Below are positions 34,936-48,050 of a stretch of DNA of 64,000 bases, one piece after another. Within the stretch, counting starts at the first letter, position 1. Each line of letters opens with the position of its first letter. The stretch lies in the NCBI GenBank assembly GCA_965153285.1, contig OZ229117.1; one strand, given 5' to 3'. The DNA comes from Podarcis tiliguerta (taxonomy: Eukaryota). The translations under genes and the position numbers were made by a program. The notes below the pieces were generated by a model. That model had not been told where the DNA came from, searched no databases, and saw only the letters and a list, made by a program, of their open reading frames with translations.

Positions 34936-36688
34936 CCTGAGAAGATGGGGACAGTGGGGGAGAGGACATGAATGTGTTGCACCAGTGGAACTCTTGCCCA
35001 TGCCACTGTGGATGCAACCCTTTCAAGGAGGTGCACAGAACCCCAGTTTGGTACTATGCTGGTTTCCAAATAATTCTCCCTGGGATGTCTTTTTGGGGTG
35101 CATGGGTGGGTACTGTTTTCTGCAACTGCACCCGTGGAGGCAAAGAGCAGCTGGGAGGCAAAAAACCCACACAGGGGCCCACTCTGGATCAGCAGCCCAG
35201 CCCAGGACCAGGACTCTGTGTTGCTGCTTTCCCTTCAAAATAAAGTGGCTTGGTTTGTTTATTTATGAAATTTCTATTCTGACCTGCCTCCCAAAGGAGC
35301 CCAGGGCAGTAAACACAGAAGTGATAAAATGATACAATTATCACATTTTAAACAATTAAAGGCATTTTGAAACGTATAAAAACCAGCTTGTTAAGCATGC
35401 TGTTTGAAAAAGATACAGAACCTCCCTGCTTTGAGTCAGCAAGGGGGCTGCATCACCTGCCTTCGGACTGTGTCCTGGGATACCACTTGGATACCTTCCT
35501 TTCACCATGGGGTTAGCTGACCCTCTTGGCTGCCCTTTGTCACACAGTTCCTCTACAGCAAAGGTAGCCTGCATGTTGCTGGTCTACAACTCCCATCATT
35601 TCTGGACCACTGCCCATGCTGACTGCAGGGGCTTATGTGAGCTGGTCATCCATCAACATGGGGAAAGCCACAGGCTCCCCTAATGCTGCCCTATGGGATC
35701 CATCTGCTATCATGCTTTGGATATCCACCCCCCCAACCTGGCCAAAGCAGCCCAAAGGCATGTTGAAGGTGGACCCTGGACCATAGGAGCCAACTCCTAG
35801 AGGCTGAGATCCTTCCCCACCCCAATAAAATATTTGAGGGGGCCAGGGGCATTGCCATTCAAACGGTGTAATTGCACAGTAATCTGAGTGATTATGTGGA
35901 ATGGGGCTTATCTGAGCTCCCAGTTATTTTATTTTAGTTGCCACCCCCCTCCCCCCAGCCTTGACAAAATGTGGTGGGTTGGGGCAGAGCCCGGGCAGAA
36001 TCTGGAATGAATGGGCTTTTCTTCCAGTTCTTCCATTTGCAAGGCTGAGGCATCCCAGATTTGTAGAATCCCATTAAAAGGCAGCAAATTCTCCATCACT
36101 GGCTGTGCTGTTGTTGTTTTTTTGCCAAGCCCCAGAGCATCTTTGCTCCAACTCTGCTTACCTGACGAAACATGGCTTTGTTGATTGGATCCATAGCACG
36201 CTAGCTGGTGGGCATCTCCGCCTCCCAGCCTACTGAAGATACTGTACTTAGCAGCGAATGCTTTCCTCCGCCTCAGGGAAGTTGTCAGGCTCTTCCCTGC
36301 AGCTAACCAACGTCAGGTAGGCCACTGCGTCTTCTTCCTTGACCTCTTTCTCCCCCCTCCACTGTGCAACTCCTTCTCTCACTGGGCCAGAGCAGGGATC
36401 AGAGCAGGCAGAAACGATCCTGAGCCATCAGGAGGAATGACTGTCAGAGGCTTGCTCTGTTGGAACTAATTAAAGCAAAGAGACAAGAAGTTGGGAGAAG
36501 AGTGCCCTAGGGGAGCATTTTGCTGCCGCTTCCCCCACTTCATGCAGACCAGCTCGACAGAGTAGAAAGATGGCAGGACATCCGTCTTCGTGGAACAAAT
36601 TGTGGGGGAGTGGGGTGAGAGAGGGGTCCCCAGCTGTGTGTTGGGTCCAGGCCAGATTTAGACACAAGACAGGTGTTTCCAGTGCACT

Positions 36689-37226
36689 GTAGGGATGGAT
36701 ATATTTGTCAATTTCAATTTAGGAATGTAGGAAGCTGCCTTATACAGCCAGTCTATTCAGCTCAGTATTGTCTACACTGGCTGGCAGCAGCTCTCCAGGG
36801 TCTTAGGAAGCCTCTTTTCCCACCTCTACCTTGGAGATGTCAGAGGTAAAACCAGGCAAAAGCACTTTGCTGTGGACCCTCTCAACTTCTCATTTTTCCA
36901 AGCTAAGTTCCGTTGGACACATTTTTCTGCATTAGTTTGTCATTTTTTAAAATAAATAAATTGTAAGCTACACATGTTTGTATGCACACATTTTTGCAAG
37001 TAATTTTCCACAAATACAATGATATATGTGCCTTCATGCCCACTTTCTCCTAGCATAATTGTGTCTTTTTGTACACATTTTTGGTTGGAGAACTGCGCTG
37101 CAAAATTCAGAGAAGTGCAAATTTCAAAGGATAGCTGCATTTCAGGGTATAGGTAGATTCAGGAGGTGCGAATTGGGAAGGTTTGCATAAAACCTAAACA
37201 GAACCAAATTTCTCTGCCTTCCCTAG
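36689..37226 (-). mobile_element. AT-rich DNA element (TAGGGATG...TTCCCTA) with a nested tRNA SINE at about 36720-36870
   Basis: Ends tagggatgga / ccttcccta; the body matches the 58435 family in reverse. Confidence 0.6.
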
Positions 37227-38268
37227 CCCAGGATCCCTGCAACCTGTGGCTAAAGAACCACGAGCAAATGATCCTGCTCTGTTCACCAGCCAAGATCCCA
37301 TCTCGGCCAGGCCAATCCAGAAGCTTCACACTGCCAGCAAATTTCAGGGGCTGATGCTGCTCACCCTTGCTTCCTGTGCTGCCTTGCTGAGAAAGTCCTG
37401 CATGTCTGCCATGGAATTATGTACAAAAGCCCAGGTTCAACCCCCAGGTTCCCTAAATCTTGGAGAGCTGTTGCCAGTCAGTATAGGGAATACTGAGCTA
37501 GATGGACCTGTGGTCTGAGTCTGCTTCCTATAACCCTAACCACCAAACTGTCTCTGTTAGTGATGGTTGTTGTTTTAAGCTCCTAGGCAAACAGCACCCA
37601 GGGTTTAAAATGTGCATGTACACACACTTACTTTTTTTCTACTTTGGCAGTCCACCCTGAAGTGCAAACACTACTGGTTTTTCTTGTCTTTCAGAGCTGC
37701 TCTCGACTTTACTCTGGGAGCAGCAAATCAGCTTTCACGTCAGCACAATAGGTGCGAATGTGAAGTTTGCTCAGAAAATCCTAATGGTTATGTATCTCCA
37801 GCCCTCCATCAGGGCTAATTGTCTGGAAGTTCAGTGGAAATTCTCTCAAGACTAGAGATGGGGAAGAAATTGAGACAGGGAAAACTGAGAAAACCAGAAC
37901 AGAAAGAGCCATCCATCCCTACTCAGGAGGACAGATACGGTTTTGCTGACTTTAACAAATGCTCCCAAGCAAGAAATGGGTGGGCCGGAGTAATATTGCA
38001 GGCAGAGACTTGGATAGAAGACCTGAGTTCAAATCTCTGCAGATGCCAGAGCATTGGTTGGGCCTGCATACCCAGGCAGCATCCTTCTCTCCACTTAGCC
38101 ATACCCTTAACCATAGGGTCGTTGTGATGATAAAATACAATAGCCCTTTGAACCCCCTTGGAAAAAGTGTTGGATGTAAATGTAACATAAATGTGTGTGT
38201 TGTTTGCTTTTGCACTAAGAAGTGCAAGTTATTTAGTTGTGATTTCTGCATTGCAGGCAGTTAGATTA

Positions 38269-38491
38269 GGGACTTTCCACACTTCCACTTGCCCCATGCC
38301 TAGAAAGCAGAGGTCCAAGCAGTTTCCCCCTTGCCTCGCTCCTTTCCCAGGGAAAAACCTGCTCTTTAGTGCTTAATTGGAGCAAACATCAATCCGGCAG
38401 AAATCTGAATTGCCATTTGCTCCAATTGAGCTCTAAAGGGCAGTTTCCCCCAGGGGAAAGCAGTGAAACAAGAGGGAGTGTGAGTAAGCCC
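38269..38491. mobile_element. Palindromic MITE, PIF/Harbinger-like
   Basis: TIRs gggactttccacac / gtgtgagtaagccc; internal arms ctttagtgcttaattggagcaaa / tttgctccaattgagctctaaag; TTA and TAG flanks. Confidence 0.6.
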
Positions 38492-39662
38492 TAGTTAACC
38501 CTTTGGGTCCCTTCCAACTCTACAATTCTATGTTTCTGAGTGAAACTGAATGGTGTGTGTGGTTCCCTCTGCCCATTTTCTGCTCTGTAAATTTAGGAGA
38601 GTCAAGTGGTAAAGCTTTTCATGGCCGGCACCAGTTCAGGCTGCACGTGGTGGTGATGTTGAAATTTTGTATTATACTTCAAAGCAACTGGAACATTTAA
38701 TGTATCCCTGTGGTCTAAAGCCCCAACTTGGCCACCAGTCAGGGATGAGGATGGAAGTTGCAGTTCCAACAAAACCTGGAAGGTCACAGGTTCTCAATCC
38801 TTGGTTCTACCTTTTCCTTCTCTTTTTTTCTGAAAGGCAGCTATGAGTTACAGAAAGATGGGAAAGGGAAGAGGGTGGGTTTTTTTGTTTTTGTTTGCAA
38901 TGAATTTGCTGACTAGTTTGACCCCATTTCTGTAATTCTCTAAAACCCACAACAATTTGCACACACATAGAGCATGAAGATCTTTAGCAAGCAACACAAA
39001 TGTTTTAGACACTAGCCCTGTACCCATTTCTCTGAGTGCAAGCCTCATTGAACTCAATGGTACTTATTTCTGAGTAGACATATATAGAATTACACCTATA
39101 CAGTCAAATCTAGCAGTGCAGACTTGGCTGCTCAGCCCATCTCTATTTTTTGCATCTATCTAATCCTGTAATTATTTTACTCTCTCTGTGTTTGTGTGGT
39201 GTAGCAGTAGGTTCCTATCTCTGTTCCACTGTGTTTCCACCAGTGATTTGAGTTAAGTTTGCCAGCCATATGTTGTGAACTACAATTCCCATCTTCCTAG
39301 ACCATTGGCCATGATGGCTGGAGCTGATGGGAGTTGAAGTCCAGTAACAACTGGAGAACAGCCAGGTTGAAGAAAGTTGGGCTAGACTGGGCGATTGCTG
39401 AGTGTCAGTCCCTTGGGGGCCATAAAGCTCATTGAGTGATCCTGAGCCAGGCACCATCTCTCAGCCTGAACTACCCAACAGGGCAGGCATTAAAGGGGAG
39501 AAACCCAGTGCATGTAACCCTCTTCACCTTGGAGGAAAGACGAGACACATACATATAGACATCATTTTATCTGTATGCCACTTTACCATAGCTAAAACCA
39601 CGCTCAAGGAGGCTTTATAATATGCGGGGGGACAGGACATAATTACAAATGACAAAAGCAGA

Positions 39663-39694
39663 CATACATACATACATACATACATACATACATA
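39663..39694. repeat. (CATA)n microsatellite adjoining the Sauria SINE tail
   Basis: Direct reading. Confidence 0.95.
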
Positions 39695-39697
39695 AAT

Positions 39698-40064
39698 AGG
39701 TAAGGTAAAGGTACCCCTGCCCGTATGGGCCAGTCGTGTCCGACTCTAGGGTTGCGTGCTCATCTCGCTCAAGAGGCCGTGAACCGGCGCCGTCCGAAGA
39801 CACTTCCGGGTCACGTGGCCAGCGTGACGAAGCTGCAGCTGGCGAGCCAGCACCAGCGCAGCACACGGAAATGCCGTTTACCTTCCCGCTGGTAAGCGGT
39901 CCTTATTTATCTACTTGCACCCAAGGGTGCTTTCGAACTGCTAGGTGTGCAGGAGCTGGGACCGAACGACGGGAGCTCACCCCGCCGCAGGGATTCGAAC
40001 CACCGACCATACGATCAGCAAGTCCTAGGCACTGAGGTTTTACCCACAGTGTCACCCGCATCCC
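39698..40064 (-). mobile_element. Sauria SINE, full length, young
   Basis: (ACCTTT)-type tail, BovB-related 3' part, intact B-box GGTTCGAATCC (+ strand ggattcgaacc at 39991-40001) and many retained CpGs. Confidence 0.92.
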
Positions 40065-41065
40065 TAAACAAATAAATAAACCACATCAAAAAGTGCATGA
40101 CCAAATTGCGTGATTTCCACTTAAATAATAGTAAGATCTAAAAACAGAGATACACAAAATTAACAACAACAGCAGCAGCAACAAAACCCAATACCCCAAC
40201 AGAAGAGTCTATTATGTTTTTATATGTGTTGGAATTTGCTCTGAGTGGCCGGGGCAACTCAGCCAGATGGGTTGGGTATAAACAATAAAATTATTGTTAT
40301 TAAATTATTACCAGACACAGCTTCTCTATTCAATCAGAGCCCTGCCCTCCGAGGCCAGGAGGGAAAAGGCCTGCAAGGCAGGGAGCAGGTCTTCCAGGTC
40401 TCACAGCCAAGAGGGGCTCAGCTGCAGTGTAATAATAGTTGGATCTCTCTAACTGTTAAGAGTTTCAGGTAGATACTTCTTTGCTCCTCTGTGTCTTTGG
40501 GGGCTGCCTTCTTGAGCTTGGAGCATCTCCAAATAATTGCTCTATTGCCCCCATGCTCCCTTCTGCTGTATTGGATCGCCAGTCCCAATCTCCCTGGTGT
40601 GCAAGGGCTGAGCAGGCATGAATGGAGGGGAATTGATTTTCTTATCTCTTTGGATCTCCCTCCAGCCCTTTCCCTCCACCTCTCTGCAGACCTTCGACCC
40701 CTCCTTGGCACCGCTTTACCTTCTCCACACGTCTCTTTGCAACTGTGTGGCTCCAAGGTGGCCTTAAACCCATTATGTATTCAGAGCCTTGACTTAAGAA
40801 GGCAGCCCCAGCCTCATTGCTTTATTAATGAGTTATCAAAAAGCTGTTTGAAGGCTAAAAGGCTCTGCAGGTTGGATTATTTTCCAGAAATCAAGTATCC
40901 CCTCCAAAAAAGAACCTTTAGCCTTGCTTTAAAAAACAAAAAAAGACTTGGAAGCATTCTTACTTGTGTAGGTGCCGGTGTGGGGAGGATGTGATCATAG
41001 GTTTTCATTCCCCATATTATTCAGCACCCTTTGCATATATATTTTTAATAAAAAGAAATCTAAGG

Positions 41066-41202
41066 CAGGGGTGACAATCCCTTGGCCTTCCAGATATTAC
41101 TGGAATACAACTCCCATAATTCCTGACTGTTGGTCATGCTGGTGGGGGTTGATGGGTATCAGAGTCCAACAACACCTGAAGATCACATGCTTCTTGACCC
41201 TG
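41066..41202. mobile_element. hAT-type MITE
   Basis: CAGGG...CCCTG ends; degenerate 8-bp TSD atctaagg / gtttaagg. Confidence 0.65.
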
Positions 41203-41510
41203 GTTTAAGGCATTGGCTGACTTAATATACCCTCCTGCCCACCGGAAACTAATGAGTTGGGATGAGAAATGGGGCCCTGGTTAATTCAGGGGCTGTCAAA
41301 ACTCTCTTAAAAACATCTGATTCATCCATTGAATGTGTTTAAAAATAACCTGTAGCTGAAGTAGGCTGGTATTTGAGATGAAATGAATTTGCTTCCCAAA
41401 AAATTCCTCCAACTTTTGATGTCTAATCTAGTATTCATCAGGTGTTTTCTGACTATTTCTGTATTAGTCCGAATATTCACCAAATATTAGATCTCTTTTT
41501 ATTTTATTGC

Positions 41511-41856
41511 AGTATGGGTTAAACCACAGAGCCTTGGACTTGCTGATGAGAAGTTCGGCGATTCGGATCCCCGCAACGGGGTGAGCTCCCGTTGCTCGGT
41601 CCCTGCTCCTGCCAACCTAGCAGTTTGAAAGCACGTCAAAGTGCAAGTAGATAAATTTACCTTCCGCTCTGGCGGGAAGGTAAATGGCGTTTCCGTGCAC
41701 TGCTCTGGTTCACCAGAAGCGGCTTAGTCATGCTGGCCACATGACCCGGAAGCTGTACGCCAGCTCCCTTGGCCAATAAAGCGAGATGAGTGCCGCAACC
41801 CCAGAGTTGGCCACGACTGGACCTAATGGTCAGGGGTCCCTTTACCTTTACCTTTA
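41511..41856 (+). mobile_element. Sauria SINE
   Basis: gggttaaaccacagagcc...ggggtgagctcccgttgctc...ctggccacatgacccgga...tttacctttaccttta. Confidence 0.9.
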
Positions 41857-43417
41857 ATATTTGACAGTAATGAAGGGCTGACAGTCAGTGGCTTTCAAGA
41901 GTCAATGGTATTCAATGACTGGCATGTGACCATTTTTAGTAGTAACAATTTAAGGCTTCAGAGATTTCATACTTGATAGGGTCACCATACTCAAGAGATG
42001 CCAATGAGTCTGACGCAGTTAAATGTCAGGGTTTTTCTGGCAAAATTAAACTAAAGTAGTTTCCAGTCCCTGGTGATCCCCTTCTCTTGGTCATTTATGA
42101 TTGACACTTTGAGCATCACCAAAGCTCCGCCTCTGCATCTGCACAGCCGTATTCTGGGTTCTTTTCCATTCATGATGCTTGGTGTAAAGTTGGGAACCAG
42201 CTGTGCATATATTGGGAGAGCAGGGGAAATGTGGAGTGCTGCTGTATGTTTTATTTCCCTGACAACAGCTTTGCATTCGGAGTACACCTGAGCATTCATA
42301 TGGAAATTAGAATGAATTTAAATACAATTACAAGAAGCATTGTGTCACAACAGGGCTGCATTCCGTGTAACAGCATGCTCAAAAGGCAGAAGTAAGAACG
42401 TCCGTAAACCTTCCTTCTGAATGCCTTTGGGAAATGGTTTACTCCATTTGCTAGGATATAAAGTGCTTTGTAAAAAAATGACAACTGAAAGTTCTTGGCG
42501 GAAGGCAGTGATTTTTCAGATGACGCTCCAGGGAGCCTGACGGTTCCTCAGAAATTTATCAAGGGTTCCTCAAGGAGAGGATCAGTAATGGCGGACCAAC
42601 TTCCCTGGAAGACGGTTTATGTGCTGCTGCCAATCTCCCGTAGCAGCACACAGCATCTCTGGCAATATTCACAGCACACTCCCTGCTCACTCAGAACAGT
42701 GGCACTGCATTGGCCAATATTCCTTGTGAGCAGAGGGTGCCACCTCAAGCACTTCCCAGAATCCTCTGCAACCCACAGACATTCCATATCCACCACAAAT
42801 TTTGGTCTCTGGCTCAAGATCTGGGGTGAGAAACCTTTTTTCATCCTGAGGACCACATGCACTTTTCCTGAGGGGTGCTTACCAGTGGTGGGCAGTGCCA
42901 GAGACAAAAGTAAGCACAGCAACAGATGAGGCTCTTTCCTTTATAGAGTAGGCTACATCCCAGTCATGCAACAGCCAGTATTTTCGATACATGTACATCT
43001 AGTAGTCGATGGCATGGTGGGGCGGAGACACTTACCTGATCTCCCAGACGTTGAGTTGCTGCTGATTAGCAGAAGGGAGGAGGGTGAGTCAGTGAGGAGG
43101 AGTGTGCAGTACCAACACACCAGCAGAAGCGCCTGGTTGGTGCACCAATGCATTTGCACTGCATCGGCCTCGTAGTGCCTTTCCTGGTAAACAGTCAGGT
43201 AAGCCCCTCTACCCCATCACACTGTCCAATTCAGTGTGGGAATGTTCAGGGTGTCAGGAGAGGATATATTGTTTATTAATATCCTTCCTAACTTGCGTTA
43301 ACAATTTCCTTTACTTAGCAAAGTTACATCCCCCTTTTTACATGCACAGCAGATAGCTGGTTGCAGGCTCGTGTGAGCCTCTCACTATTATACAATTCAG
43401 TCTGTCTCAGATTGAAT

Positions 43418-43826
43418 TGTATGTTCCTGGTAAGTTCCTTTGAATCCCTTTTAAAAGAATAAAGACGCCACAATCTTATTCAAAGTCAACAAAAGAAGTT
43501 TACTTACATCAGTTCACAGTTGGATCCCTGAAAGCAGATTTAATTACAAATATGTACATGTGGATCTACCCCATATGGGGGAATAATCCCAGTGCTTCTG
43601 CTAGCTGAGAGTTAACAGAGCAGTTCTAGCTAAAAGCTGCTCAAATGAAGAAGAAAGTCAAAAAGAAAGAGGAGGTGCTGCATGACTCGTCCTTTTGTTA
43701 CCTGGACAGGTTAGGTCATGCCCACCTTCTATCACATACAAAAGGAAGGAGGCTTCAGCCAGGAGGGACAGGAAGTTTCAACTGGCTGGACCAAACTTTC
43801 CCTCTCATGTCTTTTCTAGCATTACA
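43418..43826 (-). mobile_element. Probable solo LTR (about 410 bp)
   Basis: TGTA...TACA termini; minus-strand AGTAAA polyA-like signal followed by T-rich U5-like sequence. The TSD is only partial (ttgaat/aggaat). Confidence 0.5.
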
Positions 43827-44249
43827 AGGAATGTTGTACTTGACTGCCTCTCATGGATCACATCCCACATTCAGCATCTTCTCTTCTTCCAAGCAGGCAT
43901 CATGGCAGGGTCAAGGACAAATCCTCACCAGGCAAAAGTGCTCAAACAGGACTTGGAGCAGGACCAGTGAGGGTGACAGCCTGGACGAATGGGCATAGGA
44001 CCACAAGAAGCTGTTCTCCACCAAGTCAGGCTATTGGTCCATCAAGCTCTCCAGGGTTTCAAGCAGGAGTCTTTCCCATCAGTACTTTGAGTCACCAAGA
44101 ATCTGAGAACTTCTGCATGCTAAGCATGTGCTCTGCCCCGAAGCTATGGCCTTTTCCCAATGGCCTGTGGAGACCCCTGATGGCTCTAAGGCTGGATTCA
44201 GGACAGAGGCCCTTCACCCCTGTTCTAGATGTATTGATTCTTATTTCAT

Positions 44250-44525
44250 TAGGAGAACTTGCTGGATCAGGCCAGCGGCCCACCTAGTCCAGCATCCTGT
44301 TCTCACAGTGGCCAACCAGATGCCTGTGGGAAACCCGTAAGCAGGATTTGAGGACACAAGCCACTCTCATTCTGTGGTTTCCTGCAGCTGGTATTCAGAA
44401 GTATTTACTGCCTCCAACTATGGAGACATAGCATAACCAACATGGCTAGCAGCCATTGATGAATTTGTCCTCTCCTCTTTTAAAGCCACCCAAGTTGGTG
44501 GCCATCGCTGCCTCCTGCGACAGCA
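44250..44525 (-). mobile_element. CR1-type 3' end
   Basis: gctggatcaggccagcggcccacctagtccagcatcctgttctcacagtggccaaccagatgcc. Confidence 0.65.
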
Positions 44526-46260
44526 AGTTGTTGTATCTGTGCTGTTGTGTCTTATTAATTGTGGGGAAGCACACAGCTCAGGGTAACAAGCCTGCCACAG
44601 CTCCATTGACCCCTGAGCTGAAGTCAAGGTGTTCGTTGAAAGACCCTCCAAGGATTAATTAGACTGCCTGACCAATAAAGGAGAAGTGATCCCCTTGCTC
44701 CTGTCCTTGAACCAAGATGCAGCCATTAATTTGTGTCTATAGAGAGAAATCAGGTTGAGGGGTGGACCAGGATATGACCACAGAAGAAAAATATCTCTCT
44801 CTACATGCTTAGCAGGAACAGGTGGCATAGCAGGGGAAATCTCTATCACAACCCTTAACATTTATAATTCCCTGTTGACACATATCTAAAATTCAAAGTC
44901 AATGCTTGAAGATGTGGAGCAAGGCAGGGCAAGATTGCAGCAGGCTCGGAATGTAAGATGTACGATTGCTATGTGAACGGTTACACAATGGCAGCCTGTG
45001 CTGCTATTTCACATCTGTTCCATTGCCAGCAGTGTGATGGTTTTTCTTCCAAAAGCACAAGTGTCACAGTCTCTTCCTAAGGGGCTTAGTTTAGGGAATC
45101 AGATCCTGGACAAATCCACCTTTCTTTGATGTGTTGCCAGGTCCCACAATGACCAATCCAGAGAGGATTGTGGTGGCAGGGATAATTTTGGAACCACATT
45201 GAGGGATGGTGAATTGGGCCTTCCACGCACACCATTTCATCTCCCCACCAGTCCAAAAGGTCTGGCTATGGTTCCTCTAATCCATAAGGGAACATGGACA
45301 TGTTTGGAGACACTCTATGTTTCACAATTACTTCATTTCCCTTATTATTCAATGTTTTAAAAGCTGGCATCAGTCATTGAAAACCAAGTTGGGGGCCTGA
45401 GAACTAATAACCTTCTGCTCAAGTCCTGTTGATGGGACCATCTTCATAGCACTAGAACAAAATAAAAGCCCTGTTGGATCTGGCCACAAAGCCCTTTTGG
45501 CTGCTGACAGCTTACTCGAGATGCCCCAAGAAGAACATGAAGAAAAGAGTCCTTTCTTCTTGTTTTCTCCCTAGCAATCAGTATTTAGAGGTAGACTGCC
45601 TCGGATCATGGAAGTTCTATTGACTTCTCATCATGACTGATAGTCATTAATAGACCTATGCTCCCTGACTCTCTCTCCCTAATTCAAGGATGGGGAGCCT
45701 GGCTCTCTGGATGTTGCTGGGCTCCAACTCCCAGCATCCCTGGCTGTCCTAGGAGTCAGAATCCAACAACATCTGGAAGGGCCTCAGGTACCCCAGCCCT
45801 GCTCTGACTTTGCCTCCATCCCCCTGAAGGCCATCTAAGCTAGGCAAGGGAGGTCCGCTCTGCTCCCACACTGCTTATTTCTCATGCTTGCATGCACATT
45901 TTTCAACGTGGCTGCCTCCTTGACAGCAGCTCATTTGTCTCAGTGTCAGGAACTACCTTTCAGGCTCTAAATTTAGAAGGAGAGGTGCTTCTGTTTCTGT
46001 GGGGCTCCTGTGTGCAGGATACACCCTCTTTCACGCTCCCCGGGCTATTTCTGCTCGCCACTGCCTAGTAGCAACATAGCAGGTGCAGGCTGAGTGTGAC
46101 AGTTTGTTGGGGAGCCGAGGGCTCCGCAGAGACAGTGGACTGCCAGAGCCTCTGGTTCAACCCTGCTTTGGGGGTTATTTTGACTGGGTGGGTTGAGTGG
46201 TGAGGAAAGAAAGCAGTGTGGTGCAGTGCTTTCAATGTTGGACTAAGACTTGGGAGTTCA

Positions 46261-46565
46261 CACACGGGTGGAGGGAAGTACTGGGTTGTGGGGGAGGGAG
46301 GTGAAGGGATTAATTGAAATTGTTAAAGATTGGTATAGGATTTAAGAGATTTAAATTTTTAGATTCTATAAGGAAAGTAGAAAGCAGCAAGAAATGTCAA
46401 GTAAAAGTATCGGAGAGGAGATCAGTGCAACTGAAAACATGAGACTTATGGTTTTGTTACATATGATTTTATTTTGGAGTTGTCTGCTTATTTTGGAGTT
46501 GTTTGCTGTAAAGAATGTATATTATGTGAATAAAATAATAAAGGATTTGGAAAAAAATAAAAAAA
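46261..46565 (+). mobile_element. Polyadenylated L1-type 3' end inserted into a SINE (host SINE about 46213-46760)
   Basis: Perfect 17-bp TSD TAAGACTTGGGAGTTCA (46244-46260, 46566-46582); G-rich 3'UTR, AATAAA and an A-rich tail. Confidence 0.8.
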
Positions 46566-46933
46566 TAAGACTTGGGAGTTCAAATCCCTGCTCAGCCATG
46601 AAGTTCACTGCGTAACCTTGGGCCATTCACAGTCTCTCAAGTCTAGTCTGGCTCTCATGGGGTTGTTGTGAGTATAAAATGGGTTGAAGAGAACCGTGCT
46701 CTTTGAGCTCTTCGGATGAAAGGTGGGGTATAAAGGCAATAAAACAAATAAAACAATAAATACAGAGCTGGAGCCCTTCAGGTCTGGACACAATACCGGA
46801 TTCGATTTGTAGCAGACCTACTGGAGTGGCTTGTAAGGCCAACTGAGGCAGAGGCTGGCCTAACCTGTGTGATATCCCAAGCACAGTGTGGCCCAAAGAT
46901 GTGTATGTGTATGCATAGATGCAAATGTAGACA

Positions 46934-47073
46934 CCATAGAATTGTGGAGCTACAAGGGACTACGAGGGTCATCTAGTCCATCCCCTGCAATGCAGGAATC
47001 TTTTTGCCCTATCTTGGACTCAAACTCACGATCCTCAGTTTAAGAGTCACACGCTCTACTGGCTGAGCTAAAA
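46934..47073 (-). mobile_element. SINE with tRNA-Lys-like head and CR1-derived tail
   Basis: Minus strand reads ttagctcagccagtagagcgtgactcttaaactgaggatcgtgagtttgagtcc, then attcctgcattgcaggggatggactagatgaccc. Confidence 0.7.
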
Positions 47074-47689
47074 GGGGCTGCGTGTTGGTGTCTGGGTGTG
47101 TTAAGCTGAGCCAGGCTTTCTAGTCGGGCCAATAATCTGTTTGGCAAATGAATCATTCTGGTTTGAGATATGGGTTCAGGATTCCATAGGCCTGGCTCTC
47201 CTTGCAACTCTCCCTGCTTCTTTTGGGCATAGGAGTTGCCCTCTCTGCCTCCCTAGACTCTGCTGCCCCTGCCACCACCATTCCATGCCCAATGCTCTGG
47301 CTCAATCACACCACATAAGTCCCATAATTTCAAGTGATAATTTTTGCATGCATGCATCTTCCATTACAGTTAAAAGGTGAGAAGCCTGTATTGTGTCTTG
47401 GCGAAATGTATCCAATTCATCTCTTCCACATTGGAATTAATTCTTTTTTCTTTCCCCCCTTCCCCTCCCTTCCAGAATTTCCTATAATTTTGCAGTTCCC
47501 ACAATTTGCAGTTGCAGACCCTGCAGATTTCACCTTTTATCTTTCTTGGGGTGAAGAGGCAACTCTAGCCTGGCTCTCATTTTGTGTCTGCACAGGGGGC
47601 AGCATGAGTTGTGGCCCTAGATGATGGAATTGCTGAACTTGAGCCCCATGCCCTCTTCGGAGGAGCAAGGCAAGTGAGAGGTGACATGG

Positions 47690-48050
47690 GAGAAGTACAT
47701 GGCTTGGAGAAAGAAAAGTTTCAGGACAAATTAAAGTTCTTTTTTATTCAGAACATAGTTGAACTATGGAACTCTCTCCCACAGGAGGCAGTGAAGGCTA
47801 CCAACTTTTAGACAAATTCATGGAGAAGTAGGCTATCAACAGATACTAGCCATGATTGCTACCTTCTGCATCCATGGCTGAAGACAGGAATGCTTCTGAA
47901 AACTTGTTTGCTTGAAACCATTGGAGGAGAGCACTCTTGTGCTTGGGTCCTATTTGTGGGCTTCCCATAGTCGTCTGGTTGGCCACTGTGAGAACTGGAT
48001 GCTGGACTAGATGGTTTGACCTGATCCAACAAGCTATTCTTTTGTTCTTT
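47690..48050 (+). mobile_element. CR1-type LINE 3' fragment
   Basis: ORF remnant KFFFIQNIVELWNSLPQEAVKATN, followed by the family 3'UTR. Confidence 0.75.

Noticed and set aside
44540-45450. Possible ERV internal sequence near the solo LTR
   Set aside because: No gag, pol or env motifs recognised in the translations.
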